64,000 nt of DNA from Bacteroidales bacterium UBA4243 (GCA_002396205.1 DGXB01000098.1:11819-75818), one strand, 5' to 3'; positions 53,852-63,123 are shown, numbered from the stretch's first letter. The notes: generated by a model from the sequence alone, not told the origin. Numbers and translations: made by a program.

Positions 53852-55138
53852 ATGGACTACAAAGAGACCCTCGATTGGATGTTCAACAAACTCCCAATGT
53901 ATCAGCGCATTGGAGCCGCCGCCTACAAGGCCGACCTCAACAACACCATCCAACTTCTTCAGTTTTTGGACAACCCACACCGTAACTTCAAGTCGGTGCA
54001 TGTGGCTGGGACCAACGGCAAAGGTTCCACCTCGCACATGTTGGCCTCCGTCTTCCAAGAAGCAGGCTACAAGACGGGACTTTACACCTCGCCCCACCTC
54101 CGCGACTTCCGCGAACGCATCCGCATCAATGGAGAAATGATTCCCGAAGAGAATGTGGTGCAATTCATTGACACTTACAAAGCTAAATTCGAGGCGATGG
54201 AACTCTCCTTCTTCGAGATGACCGTGGGCATGGCCTTCGACTATTTCTCGAAAGAAAAGGTCGACATTGCCATTGTCGAAGTGGGCATGGGCGGACGTTT
54301 GGACTCCACCAACCTTATCACGCCCGAGCTGAGCATCATCACCAACATCGACTTCGACCACATGAAGTTCTTGGGCGACACGCGGGCCAAGATTGCCTAC
54401 GAAAAGGCCGGCATCATCAAGCCCAACGTCCCTGTTGTGATTGGCGAGACCCATCCCGAGACCCAGCAAGTCTTTATCGACAAGGCCAAGGAATGCAACA
54501 GCCCCATCTATTTCGCCGACCAGATCTTCGACTGCGACAAAATCCATATCGAATCGCAAACCGAACAGCAATTTGATGTTTGGAAAAACAGCGAACTCTA
54601 CATGGAAGCTCTCGAAATCCCGCTCATGGGCAACTACCAGCAGAAAAACCTCACCACCGTGATGTGTGCCCTCGACCTGCTGCGCGAGAAATTCAACCTC
54701 TCGGAAGACGACATCCGCGACGGCATCGCCAAAGTCATCAGAAACACCCACCTCATGGGTCGCTGGCAAATCCTTTGCAAAGACCCGCTCACCATTGCCG
54801 ACACGGGACACAACGTGGCCGGCATCACCGAAGTGGTGAGCCAACTGGCCGAGATGAGCTACGGAAAGCTGCATTTCGTGCTCGGCATGGTCAACGACAA
54901 AGACATCGACAGCGTTTTGCAACTGTTGCCGCGTGGTGCCGAGTATTATTTCTGCAAAGCAGACATTCCCAGAGGATTGGATGCTAACATCTTGGCCGAA
55001 AAGGCCTTCGAGATGGGCTTGCGCGGACAAGTTTATGAATCGGTGAGCCATGCCTACCGTTCGGCGGTCAACAATGCCCATTTCGGCGACGTGGTCTTCG
55101 TTGGAGGCAGCAATTTCACCGTGGCTGAGGTCGTGTAA
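53852..55138 (+). CDS. folC: Bifunctional folylpolyglutamate synthase / dihydrofolate synthase
   Basis: MDYKETLDWMFNKLPMYQRIG..., P-loop HVAGTNGKGST, Mur-ligase fold. The track ORF start (53666) overlaps tonB and is rejected. Confidence 0.93.
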   Translation: MDYKETLDWMFNKLPMYQRIGAAAYKADLNNTIQLLQFLDNPHRNFKSVHVAGTNGKGSTSHMLASVFQEAGYKTGLYTSPHLRDFRERIRINGEMIPEENVVQFIDTYKAKFEAMELSFFEMTVGMAFDYFSKEKVDIAIVEVGMGGRLDSTNLITPELSIITNIDFDHMKFLGDTRAKIAYEKAGIIKPNVPVVIGETHPETQQVFIDKAKECNSPIYFADQIFDCDKIHIESQTEQQFDVWKNSELYMEALEIPLMGNYQQKNLTTVMCALDLLREKFNLSEDDIRDGIAKVIRNTHLMGRWQILCKDPLTIADTGHNVAGITEVVSQLAEMSYGKLHFVLGMVNDKDIDSVLQLLPRGAEYYFCKADIPRGLDANILAEKAFEMGLRGQVYESVSHAYRSAVNNAHFGDVVFVGGSNFTVAEVV

Positions 55139-55151
55139 AACCTACATCAAG

Positions 55152-55928
55152 TTAAGGGAGTAATTCCTTCGCTTCCTTCCAATAACCAATCATTTCATCA
55201 ATGGTGAGGTGCTGCACGCCCTTGCCTTGCTCGCGGGCGCGTTGCTCCACATGGGCGAAACGCTGGCGGAACTTCTTGTTGGTCTTCTCCAAGGCGTCGT
55301 CGGGGTTCGCTCCGATGTAGTTGCCGTAGGCAGCCAAGGCGAAGAGCAGGTCGCCATATTCCTCCTCCACGCGCTCGGCGTTGTCGGGCTTTTGCAGCTC
55401 GGCAAAGAGCTCTGCCTTCTCCTCCTCCACCTTCTGCCACGCCTGCTCTGCGTTGGGCCAACGGAAGCCCACGCCCGAAGTCTTTTGGTGCATCCGATAG
55501 GCCTTCAAAAGCGAAGGCAAGCCATCGGGCACGCCGCCCAGCACACTGCGATTGTGTTCGCGCTCCAATTTAATGCGTTCCCAGTTCTCCTCCACCTGCT
55601 CAGCGTTCTCAACATGCTCGTTGCCAAAGATATGCGGATGGCGACGAATCATCTTCTCGCAGATGCCGTTGAGGACGTCGGCAATATCAAAGACGCCTTG
55701 TTCCTGCCCAATCTTTGCATAAAAGACGATGTGGAGCATGAGGTCGCCGAGTTCCTTTTTCACCTCATTGAGGTCGTCGTTGAGGATGGCTTGGCTGAGT
55801 TCGTAGGTCTCCTCGATGGTGAGGTGGCGCAGGCTGTGGATGGTTTGGGTGCTGTCCCAGGGGCAGCCCGCACGCACTGCGTCCATGATATCCAAAAGCC
55901 GTTTGAAGGCTTGTAGTCTTTCGTCCAT
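55152..55928 (-). CDS. mazG: Nucleoside triphosphate pyrophosphohydrolase MazG
   Basis: Tandem MazG domains (CPWDSTQTIHSLRHLTIEETYEL; EELGDLLF-type EEYGDLLFAL). ATG at 55928, with a minus-strand -7 box at 55949-55956. Confidence 0.92.
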   Translation of the reverse strand: MDERLQAFKRLLDIMDAVRAGCPWDSTQTIHSLRHLTIEETYELSQAILNDDLNEVKKELGDLMLHIVFYAKIGQEQGVFDIADVLNGICEKMIRRHPHIFGNEHVENAEQVEENWERIKLEREHNRSVLGGVPDGLPSLLKAYRMHQKTSGVGFRWPNAEQAWQKVEEEKAELFAELQKPDNAERVEEEYGDLLFALAAYGNYIGANPDDALEKTNKKFRQRFAHVEQRAREQGKGVQHLTIDEMIGYWKEAKELLP

Positions 55929-55948
55929 GATGAATTGATTTGAAGATG

Positions 55949-55956
55949 CAAAGGTA
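55949..55956 (-). promoter_or_regulatory. -7 box TACCTTTG (mazG)
   Basis: Minus-strand match, 20 nt upstream of ATG 55928. Confidence 0.5.
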
Positions 55957-55999
55957 TGGATTTTTGCGCAGTCGGGCCGACTAAGCGCCCAGAATTTTG

Positions 56000-56007
56000 T
56001 ACCTTTG
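56000..56007 (+). promoter_or_regulatory. -7 box TACCTTTG (PagL-like gene cluster)
   Basis: Match located only 8 nt before ATG 56016, which implies a near-leaderless mRNA. Confidence 0.45.
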
Positions 56008-56015
56008 CAGCCCCA

Positions 56016-57212
56016 ATGGAACGACAACGCCGCCATATCCTTTTCGCACTGTGTACCCTATTATTAATAGGAGGTCACGCGAAAGCGCAACTAAGCCACC
56101 GCAATTATGAGGTTGAGGCTCGTGTGCACTATGGCTACATGTATTTCCAAAACGATGAATTCCACTCTGCTTTAGGCCGTTACAGTCGGCACACGCCGAG
56201 CTACGAGCTGTCGATCCACCGAAACACCTACGGCGAAAACCGCTGGGAGGTGCTGCACAACTACCCTTCCATCGGGTTCACCTTCTATTATTCCAGCTTC
56301 GGCAACGACAGCATCTCCGCCGAGTTGGGCAAGGTGTTCGCCCTCTACCCGTTCATCAACTTCCCCATCACGCCGAGCGAGACGAGCAAGCTGACATTCA
56401 AACTGGGCGTGGGCGTCTCCTACCTAACCAACAAGTTCGACCCGAAGGAGAACTTCCACAACTATGCCATCGGCTCGCACGTGAACGCGGCCATCAACCT
56501 GTCGTTTGAATACCGGCAACGCATCGTCGATCGGCTGCATTGGGTGACCTCGGTCGGCCTGACACACTTCTCGAACGGTGCCACCCGCTCGCCCAACATG
56601 GGCATCAACATCTTCAGTGTGGCCACGGGGCTTTCCTGGTATCTGGCAGCGCCCAAAGCCCACATAGACAAGCGTTTGCGCCCGAAGAACTACCTCTTCG
56701 AGTTTGACGGCAAGCGGCATTTCGTCACCGACTACCAATACACGCTCGGTTTCAAGGACTTGAGCCAGCAATATGGGGCACACGAGTATTTCTTCGTTCA
56801 CGACTTGGCCGCCAACTTCATGTTCCAGCTCACCGAGCGCGACCGTTTGGGACTCGGCATCGAACTCGTTTACGACAACTCCGACAAGATCACCAAGCCC
56901 GACTGGAACATGTATCTCAAACCAGGCTTCCTGATTGCATACGAGATGATGCTCGACCGCGTCAGCTTCATGTTCAACGTGGGCTTGCGCAACAACGTGC
57001 CGCTCAACTCATCATCGCTCGGCTTCCTGTTTTACCAAAAGGTGGCAGCCCGTTATTACTTCAACGACAACCTGTTTGCCACCCTCGCCTTCACCACCTA
57101 CGACATCAAGGCCGACTTCATCAGCGTCGGCATCGGCTATCACATACAACACAAATACTATTTGCCGCGCCATGGAAAGAAACCACATCGCAGTCCTGTT
57201 TTTCCTCGTTAG
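56016..57212 (+). CDS. Acyloxyacyl hydrolase / PagL-like outer-membrane beta-barrel (predicted)
   Basis: Signal peptide MERQRRHILFALCTLLLIGGHAKAQ. The pattern HRNTYGENRWEVLHNYPSIGFTFYYSSFGND..LG resembles Bacteroidota lipid A deacylase-like proteins. ATG 56016 lies 8 nt after a -7 box. Confidence 0.5.
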   Translation: MERQRRHILFALCTLLLIGGHAKAQLSHRNYEVEARVHYGYMYFQNDEFHSALGRYSRHTPSYELSIHRNTYGENRWEVLHNYPSIGFTFYYSSFGNDSISAELGKVFALYPFINFPITPSETSKLTFKLGVGVSYLTNKFDPKENFHNYAIGSHVNAAINLSFEYRQRIVDRLHWVTSVGLTHFSNGATRSPNMGINIFSVATGLSWYLAAPKAHIDKRLRPKNYLFEFDGKRHFVTDYQYTLGFKDLSQQYGAHEYFFVHDLAANFMFQLTERDRLGLGIELVYDNSDKITKPDWNMYLKPGFLIAYEMMLDRVSFMFNVGLRNNVPLNSSSLGFLFYQKVAARYYFNDNLFATLAFTTYDIKADFISVGIGYHIQHKYYLPRHGKKPHRSPVFPR

Positions 57213-57960
57213 CATAGCCATGGCTTCGTGCACCAAGGTGGACGCGCTCTTCAACAACGGCGAGCCTATCACCGAGCAACGCAGCGTGGAAAAGGATTTC
57301 AACGCCATCTCGATGTCCAACAACGTGAATGTCAAGTTGGTACACGACAGGCAACCCCGATTGGAACTCACATGCCCGAAGAACCTCATTGAGAAAGTCA
57401 CGACAGAAATCGTTGGCGACACCCTATACATCAAAAACGAAAACGACTTCAACTGGCTGCGGAGCTTCGACTACAGCATCGACCTGACCGTTTATTACGA
57501 CAGCCTGCGGCTCATCAACTACGCCTCCATCGGCAACCTGCTTTGCACCGACTCCATCAAAGGCATCGCCGAACAGACCATCGACTCGACAGAGATGGAC
57601 ATCGACACGACATGGACCAACAGCTTCTATCTCAACATCAACGAAGGCTGCGGCAACATCGACCTCACTTTCGACTGCGGTGTGCTGAAAACGCAATTCG
57701 GCAACGGCACTTCGGAAGTGACACTCAAGGGCCAATCGAGCTACACCGAAATCAACATGAGAAGCTACGGTGTGGTTCATGCCGAAAACCTCAACTCCAA
57801 CTTCGTCAGGGTGCAGTCCTACTCGACCAACGATGCCTACGTTTGGGCCAGGACCAAACTCACCGTGTGGCTCCATAGCATTGGAAACGTGTATTATAAA
57901 GGCAATCCTTGGGTCGTCAAGGAATGCTATGGCGACGGTCAAGTCATCAAACTGGAATAA
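57172..57960 (+). CDS. DUF2807 / head-GIN domain lipoprotein
   Basis: Lipobox SIAMASC and a GIN beta-helix pattern (VNVKLVH...LELTCPKNLIEKVTTEIVGDTLYI; GNVYYKGNP). The start overlaps the previous gene by 41 nt. Confidence 0.7.
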   Translation: MERNHIAVLFFLVSIAMASCTKVDALFNNGEPITEQRSVEKDFNAISMSNNVNVKLVHDRQPRLELTCPKNLIEKVTTEIVGDTLYIKNENDFNWLRSFDYSIDLTVYYDSLRLINYASIGNLLCTDSIKGIAEQTIDSTEMDIDTTWTNSFYLNINEGCGNIDLTFDCGVLKTQFGNGTSEVTLKGQSSYTEINMRSYGVVHAENLNSNFVRVQSYSTNDAYVWARTKLTVWLHSIGNVYYKGNPWVVKECYGDGQVIKLE

Positions 57961-58059
57961 ATGAAAAAACATCGGAAAAAAAACGGATTTTGGTATGAAA
58001 TTTGTATATCACAAGGTGGATTAATGACCTATTCAAGAACAAATAAAAAGCATAATAAG

Positions 58060-59409
58060 ATGAAAGCGTTAAGACTTCTCCCAATCATTGCGCTGATTGC
58101 CTTTGCCAGCTGCTCGTCGAACCGCAACATGGCCAAAGACGACACCTACTATTCGCCTTACGGCAACACGGGGCAGATGGCCACCGGCAACGGCTCATAC
58201 GTGAGTCCCAGCATCAGCAGCAACTCGGAATACGACTACCAAGCCTACTATTCCGACAGCAAGAACTACGTCAGCAATGCCGACCCTGTCTACCAAACCA
58301 CAGAAACAGTGACCGACACGAACGGCGTCGTTTACACCACCACCGAGACCTACTATGATGCCGACTTCGCCACGCGCATCAAGCGTTTCGGCACGCAGGC
58401 TTCCTCGTCGAGAGGCTACTATGACGACTACTACACCGGTGGCGATACCTACGTTTACGTGAACAACTACGACCCGTTCTATTGGGACTATTACCCAGGC
58501 GTCTATGTGAGCTTTGGCTATCGTCCTTACTGGCGCAGCTACTACTGGGGCTGGGATCCTTTCTGGGGTCGCCCTTACTATAGCTATTGGGGTTGGGACC
58601 CTTATTGGGCTCCCGCCTATTGGCATCCCTACCATCACCACCATCACCACCATGACTGGCATCACCATGGTGGTGGCCATCACCCTGGAGGCAACAATCA
58701 CGGCGGCGGCAGTGGCTTCGGCAACTATGTGGCCAGCGTGCGCCACAGCAGCACCGGAGGCTCGATGAGCCACTTAGCCCCACACAATGGGCGCCAAGGA
58801 GCCAGCGTTGGAGGCAGCATGTCGAGCCGCCCAACCACGGCAGGCAGTAGCTCAGCTCGCGTCGGGGGCAGCAGCTCAGGACGCACCGGCACCAGTAGGC
58901 CAACCATTAGCAGACCCAATGCCAGCAGCAGACCCTCGGCAGGCGTGAGCAGCCGCACTGGAAATGCCTCGGCAAGCCGTCCGTCAAGCTCGGCTAACGC
59001 CAGCACGGGGGGTAGCCAAAGCAGCAACCGCCAATCCTACACCTCGCCAAGCAGCAGCCGTCCATCGCGTTCCAGCTCTGAATATGTCCGTCCGCAAGGC
59101 AGCAACTCGCGCCCCTCGTCGGCTGGCACCAGCAGAAGCGGATCCAACAGTGGCAGCTATAACCGCAGCAGCTCTTCGTCGAGCGGTAGTTACAGCCGTG
59201 GCAGTTCAAGCGGGAGCTACAACCGTAGCAGCTCTTCGTCGAGAAGCAGTGGAAGCTACAACCGCAGCTCGTCAGGCTCAAGCCGCAGCTCAGGAGGCAG
59301 CTACAGCGGAGGCAGCCGTGGCTCAAGCTATAGTGGCGGTCGCAGCTCAGGTGGCGGCGGAAGCCACAGCTCGGGCGGTGGTCGTTCGGGCGGCGGTGGA
59401 AGAAGATAA
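58060..59409 (+). CDS. Low-complexity lipoprotein (Y/W-rich block, His tract, [GS]Y[GS]/S-R-G tail)
   Basis: MKALRLLPIIALIAFASC lipobox at ATG 58060. It contains YYWGWDPFWGRPYYSYWGWDPYWAPAYWHPYHHHHHHHDWHHHGGGHHPGG. About 230 aa of S/G/R/N/Y repeats follow, including three GSYNRSS units (two extended to GSYNRSSSSS), and the protein ends in RSGGGGRR. Confidence 0.6.
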   Translation: MKALRLLPIIALIAFASCSSNRNMAKDDTYYSPYGNTGQMATGNGSYVSPSISSNSEYDYQAYYSDSKNYVSNADPVYQTTETVTDTNGVVYTTTETYYDADFATRIKRFGTQASSSRGYYDDYYTGGDTYVYVNNYDPFYWDYYPGVYVSFGYRPYWRSYYWGWDPFWGRPYYSYWGWDPYWAPAYWHPYHHHHHHHDWHHHGGGHHPGGNNHGGGSGFGNYVASVRHSSTGGSMSHLAPHNGRQGASVGGSMSSRPTTAGSSSARVGGSSSGRTGTSRPTISRPNASSRPSAGVSSRTGNASASRPSSSANASTGGSQSSNRQSYTSPSSSRPSRSSSEYVRPQGSNSRPSSAGTSRSGSNSGSYNRSSSSSSGSYSRGSSSGSYNRSSSSSRSSGSYNRSSSGSSRSSGGSYSGGSRGSSYSGGRSSGGGGSHSSGGGRSGGGGRR

Positions 59410-59438
59410 ATTTCGGCCATCAAAGTCAATTTGAGAAT

Positions 59439-59481
59439 AAAAGACTACCTTTGCGGTCGAAAAGCAAGGTAGTCTTTTTTT
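59439..59481 (+). terminator. Intrinsic terminator after the low-complexity lipoprotein gene (overlaps a -7 box)
   Basis: aaaagactaccttTgc-ggtcgaaaa-gcaaggtagtctttt followed by ttt. The left arm contains TACCTTTG (59446-59453). Confidence 0.7.
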
Positions 59482-59491
59482 ATCAGAAGCC

Positions 59492-60934
59492 ATGAAGAGA
59501 ATCCTTACCATAGCCATCACAATCGCCTTTGCCACAACGGCTTTCGCGCAGGGTGCCGACGACGCGTGCCTGTATTCACAGACTTACTACCAAGGCACGG
59601 CCAAAGCATTGGGCATGGGCAACGCCCTCGGTGCCGTGGGCGGCGACATGACCTCCATCTGCATCAACCCTGCCGGTATGGGCATCTATCGCAGCAATGA
59701 GCTTACCGCCACCTTCGATCTGCTCGACAACTTCCAGCAATCCACCTATTACGGCACTGGCAACAACGCCAACCAAATGCGACTCACCATTCCCAACATC
59801 GGTTGGGTCAGCGCCAAGCAAAGGAGCAACTACCGTCCCCTTCGCTTCACGCAATTCGGCATCGGGCTGACGCGCACCAACGACTTCAACATCCATTCCT
59901 TCGCCAAAGGTCTCAATCCGAACAGCTCGAAAATACACAACGAGAACTTCTTCTCACAAATTGACGGCCTCTCCCCCGACGACCTGCCCAACGATGCCTA
60001 TTCCTATTGGCGCACCTACCTCATCGACGACCATCACGACGGCCAATCCTATTACTACACGAGCAACGTCCCCGAAGGCAACGTGTGGCAATCTGCAGAC
60101 AACCAATTCAAAGGGCGTTCAGAAGAATGGAGCTTCACGGGAAGTGCCAACTTTCACGATTGCCTGTTCGTTGGCCTGAGCGTCAATCTTGCCCACATCA
60201 AACGAGTGGGAACCCGCACCTTTGAGGAAAGCCGTCCCAACGACGTCAACACCGACTTCAAGAACTGGAATTATTCCGAAAGCATCAAGAGCAACGCCAT
60301 GGGGTTCAACGCAAAAATCGGATTCATCTATCTTGCCAACAGTTGGTTGCGCATAGGAGGAGCCTTCCACTCGCCCACCGTCTACGGTTTCGACGAGTCG
60401 TGGCAAACCATCACCGAATCGGACTTTGTCATGTCGGGATTTCACTCCTACACCAGCGAAGAATCCAACTACGAATACACTTTCATCAAACCATTGAAAT
60501 GGGTTGGTAGCATGGCCTTCCTCATCGGCGAGCAAGGCTTGGTGAGCCTCGATGCGGAATACACCAACTTTGGTGCTGCACGCTTCAAGGCCAACGACTA
60601 CGACTATGGAAACGTCAACGAAAACATCAAAGCCACCTATGGCAAGACGCTCAACCTCCGCATCGGCAGCGAATGGATGGTGGGCAACTCCTACCTCAGA
60701 ATTGGCGCGGCCTACTATGGCAGCCCGTTCGGATTGGGCCAGACCGGCGGTAGTGTCAAGACCGCTTCGTGCGGCATCAGCGTGCCCGTGTCGCAAAGCA
60801 CCACTTTCGACTTCGCCTACGAGCTGGCCTACGGCAAGTCTTTCGCCAATCTCTATGATGTCGCCGACCTCGAATCCATCACCTACAAACAGTTCAAGAA
60901 CAACATAGCCGCCACGCTCAAAATGAAGTTCTAA
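59492..60934 (+). CDS. Outer-membrane beta-barrel protein, FadL/PorV-like superfamily (predicted)
   Basis: 480 aa with a signal peptide. The N-terminal AKALGMGNALGAVGGDMTSICINPAGMG motif resembles the FadL/UPF0164/PorV families. The C-terminus ends in ...LKMKF. Confidence 0.55.
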   Translation: MKRILTIAITIAFATTAFAQGADDACLYSQTYYQGTAKALGMGNALGAVGGDMTSICINPAGMGIYRSNELTATFDLLDNFQQSTYYGTGNNANQMRLTIPNIGWVSAKQRSNYRPLRFTQFGIGLTRTNDFNIHSFAKGLNPNSSKIHNENFFSQIDGLSPDDLPNDAYSYWRTYLIDDHHDGQSYYYTSNVPEGNVWQSADNQFKGRSEEWSFTGSANFHDCLFVGLSVNLAHIKRVGTRTFEESRPNDVNTDFKNWNYSESIKSNAMGFNAKIGFIYLANSWLRIGGAFHSPTVYGFDESWQTITESDFVMSGFHSYTSEESNYEYTFIKPLKWVGSMAFLIGEQGLVSLDAEYTNFGAARFKANDYDYGNVNENIKATYGKTLNLRIGSEWMVGNSYLRIGAAYYGSPFGLGQTGGSVKTASCGISVPVSQSTTFDFAYELAYGKSFANLYDVADLESITYKQFKNNIAATLKMKF

Positions 60935-60935
60935 A

Positions 60936-60962
60936 CAAAAAAAGGCTACCCGAAGGCAGCCT
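60936..60962 (-). terminator. Intrinsic terminator after the zinc-ribbon gene
   Basis: The minus strand reads aggctgcc-ttcg-ggtagcct followed by ttttttt g. It lies between convergent genes. Confidence 0.7.
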
Positions 60963-60989
60963 CATTATCGTTTCAATTCCAGATTATCA

Positions 60990-61997
60990 TCAAGCGTTAT
61001 ACTGCTCGATGATGCCCTTGTCGACAAGGATACGACCGCAATACTCGCAGACGATGATTTTCTTGTGTGTGCAGATGTCCAACTGGTGTTGGGGCGGAAT
61101 ACGGTTGAAGCAGCCGCCACAGGCTTCGTTATGGATACCCACCACAGCCAAACCGTTGCGGGCGTTCTTGCGGATACGCTTGTAGGCTACCAGCAAGCGG
61201 TCTTCCACCAGTTTCTCGCACTCAGCCGAACGTTGCAGCAGTTGCTCCTCTTCCTTCTCGGTGCCTTCCACCAACGTATGCAACTCCTCTTTCTTTTCCT
61301 TCAGTGACGACTTCAACTCCGTGAGGCGCAACTGGGCTTGGGCCACCTTGGCTGCCACATCGCCGTCCTTCGCCGTGATTTCCTTGATGCGTTTCTCCGA
61401 AAGTTGAATGTCAAGATTTTGATATTCAATCTCTTTTGTCAGCGAATCGTATTCACGGTTGTTGCGAACGTTATTTTGCTGGTCCTCATATTTCTTGATC
61501 AAGGCTTCCGTCTCCTTGATTTTGATCTTATAGTCGGAAATCTCGCGCTGATGTTTCTTGCTCTCTTCCTTGAAATTGGCGATACGGGTCTCCAAACCGG
61601 CAATCTCGTCTTCCATATCCTGGATTTCGAGGGGCAGATTGCCGCGATAGGCACGGATTTCGTCAATTTTGGAGTCGACCTGCTGCAAAGTATAGAGGGC
61701 AACCAACTTTTGTTCGACGCTCACTTCGACAGGGTCTTCCACCGGTTTGGGAGCCTCAACCACAGGAGCAGGAGCTTCTTCCTTGGGAGCTTCAACCGTC
61801 ACTTCGGGAGCAGTCTCAGCCTTAGCGGCTTTCTTGGCCGGTTTTTTGGTTTCCGTTTCCTCAGCGACAGGCTCGGCGGATTCGGCCTCAGCCTTGGCTT
61901 TGGTGGTTTTCTTCGTGGTCTTCTTGGTTTCCTTAACCTCTTCTACTTCAGCAACTTCAGTCACCTCAGCGACTTCTTTTGTTTCTTTCTTAGCCAT
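60990..61997 (-). CDS. COG1579-type coiled-coil / C4 zinc-ribbon protein with K/E/A/P-rich N-terminal extension
   Basis: 335 aa with a long coiled coil and a C-terminal CGGCFNRIPPQ...CEYCGRIL zinc ribbon. It has the usual position downstream of nif3. Confidence 0.75.
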   Translation of the reverse strand: MAKKETKEVAEVTEVAEVEEVKETKKTTKKTTKAKAEAESAEPVAEETETKKPAKKAAKAETAPEVTVEAPKEEAPAPVVEAPKPVEDPVEVSVEQKLVALYTLQQVDSKIDEIRAYRGNLPLEIQDMEDEIAGLETRIANFKEESKKHQREISDYKIKIKETEALIKKYEDQQNNVRNNREYDSLTKEIEYQNLDIQLSEKRIKEITAKDGDVAAKVAQAQLRLTELKSSLKEKKEELHTLVEGTEKEEEQLLQRSAECEKLVEDRLLVAYKRIRKNARNGLAVVGIHNEACGGCFNRIPPQHQLDICTHKKIIVCEYCGRILVDKGIIEQYNA

Positions 61998-62005
61998 ATT
62001 GATGA

Positions 62006-63112
62006 TTACTTATTTCTTACAAAATAATGAACCGAATTGGTCTTCGTTTCAGCGATTTCGGCTGCAAAGGTAGGAAATTTTTTCCTAATCAGCTCATATA
62101 TTAATTCTTTCGTGAATTGTTCGGTCTCAAAATGACCTCCGTCGATGAGCAACATGGCCTTTTCGGGAATGAAAAAGTCGTGGTATTTGATGTCGGCAGT
62201 GAGATAGGCATCGGCCTTTTGGCGCAGGGCTTCACCCATGAACGGACTTCCCGACCCGCCACACAACGCCACTCTCTGGATTTTTCGACCCGTCAAGGCG
62301 GAATGACGCAGACAAGGCGAACCGATGGTTTCGGCTATAAGTTCCAAGAAATCAGTTTCTTCCATCGGATTTTCAAATTCACCGATCATACCAGCACCTG
62401 CCTGCTGGAATTCGTTTTCAAGCGCAAACACATCGTAGGCCACTTCCTCGTAGGGATGCACCTTCAGCATGGCCGCAATCACCTGATTCAAAGCATGTTT
62501 AGGCACAACCGTTTCGATGCGAACCTCATCCTCGAAATGCACCTTCCCAATTTCGCCTACATAGGGATGTGCCGTTTCGCCTGCGCGGAACGAGCCTTGG
62601 CCTTGGGCGTTGAAACTGCACGAGTCGTAGTTGCCAATGCAGCCCGCGCCTGCCTCAAACATGGCGTTGCGTACCGCATCGGCAGCCGAAAGCGGAACAT
62701 AAACCACCAACTTTTTCAGATGGCCTTCCAAGGGTTGAAGGATGCGCAGATTCTTCAATCCCAAACGCTCAGCAAGGACGCGACTCACGCCCAAACAGCT
62801 GTTATCCAAGTTGGTATGCATCGAAATCATGGCAATGTCGTGCTTGATGGCCTTCATCACGGAACGTTCGATGTAGGTTTGAGGGGTCAAATGCTTCAAA
62901 CCTTTGAAAATCAGCGGATGATGGCTGACGATGACATTGCAGTTTTTGGCAATGGCCTCGTCCACAACTTCTTCCGTGATGTCCAAGCAAATCAAGGCTT
63001 TATGCGCCTCGGCGTTGAGGTCGCCCACCTGAAGGCCCGCGTTATCGTAGCTCTCTTGCCATTGCAGCGGCGCAATCTCAGTAATGCAGTTTAAAATGTC
63101 TTTTACGGTCAT
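62006..63112 (-). CDS. Nif3-like dinuclear metal-centre protein
   Basis: MTVKDILNCITEIAPLQWQESYDNAGLQVGD..., HHPLIFKG and the GGHFETE tail. ATG 63112 is preferred over the track start 63265. Confidence 0.88.
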   Translation of the reverse strand: MTVKDILNCITEIAPLQWQESYDNAGLQVGDLNAEAHKALICLDITEEVVDEAIAKNCNVIVSHHPLIFKGLKHLTPQTYIERSVMKAIKHDIAMISMHTNLDNSCLGVSRVLAERLGLKNLRILQPLEGHLKKLVVYVPLSAADAVRNAMFEAGAGCIGNYDSCSFNAQGQGSFRAGETAHPYVGEIGKVHFEDEVRIETVVPKHALNQVIAAMLKVHPYEEVAYDVFALENEFQQAGAGMIGEFENPMEETDFLELIAETIGSPCLRHSALTGRKIQRVALCGGSGSPFMGEALRQKADAYLTADIKYHDFFIPEKAMLLIDGGHFETEQFTKELIYELIRKKFPTFAAEIAETKTNSVHYFVRNK

Positions 63113-63123
63113 AATTCTTTTGG

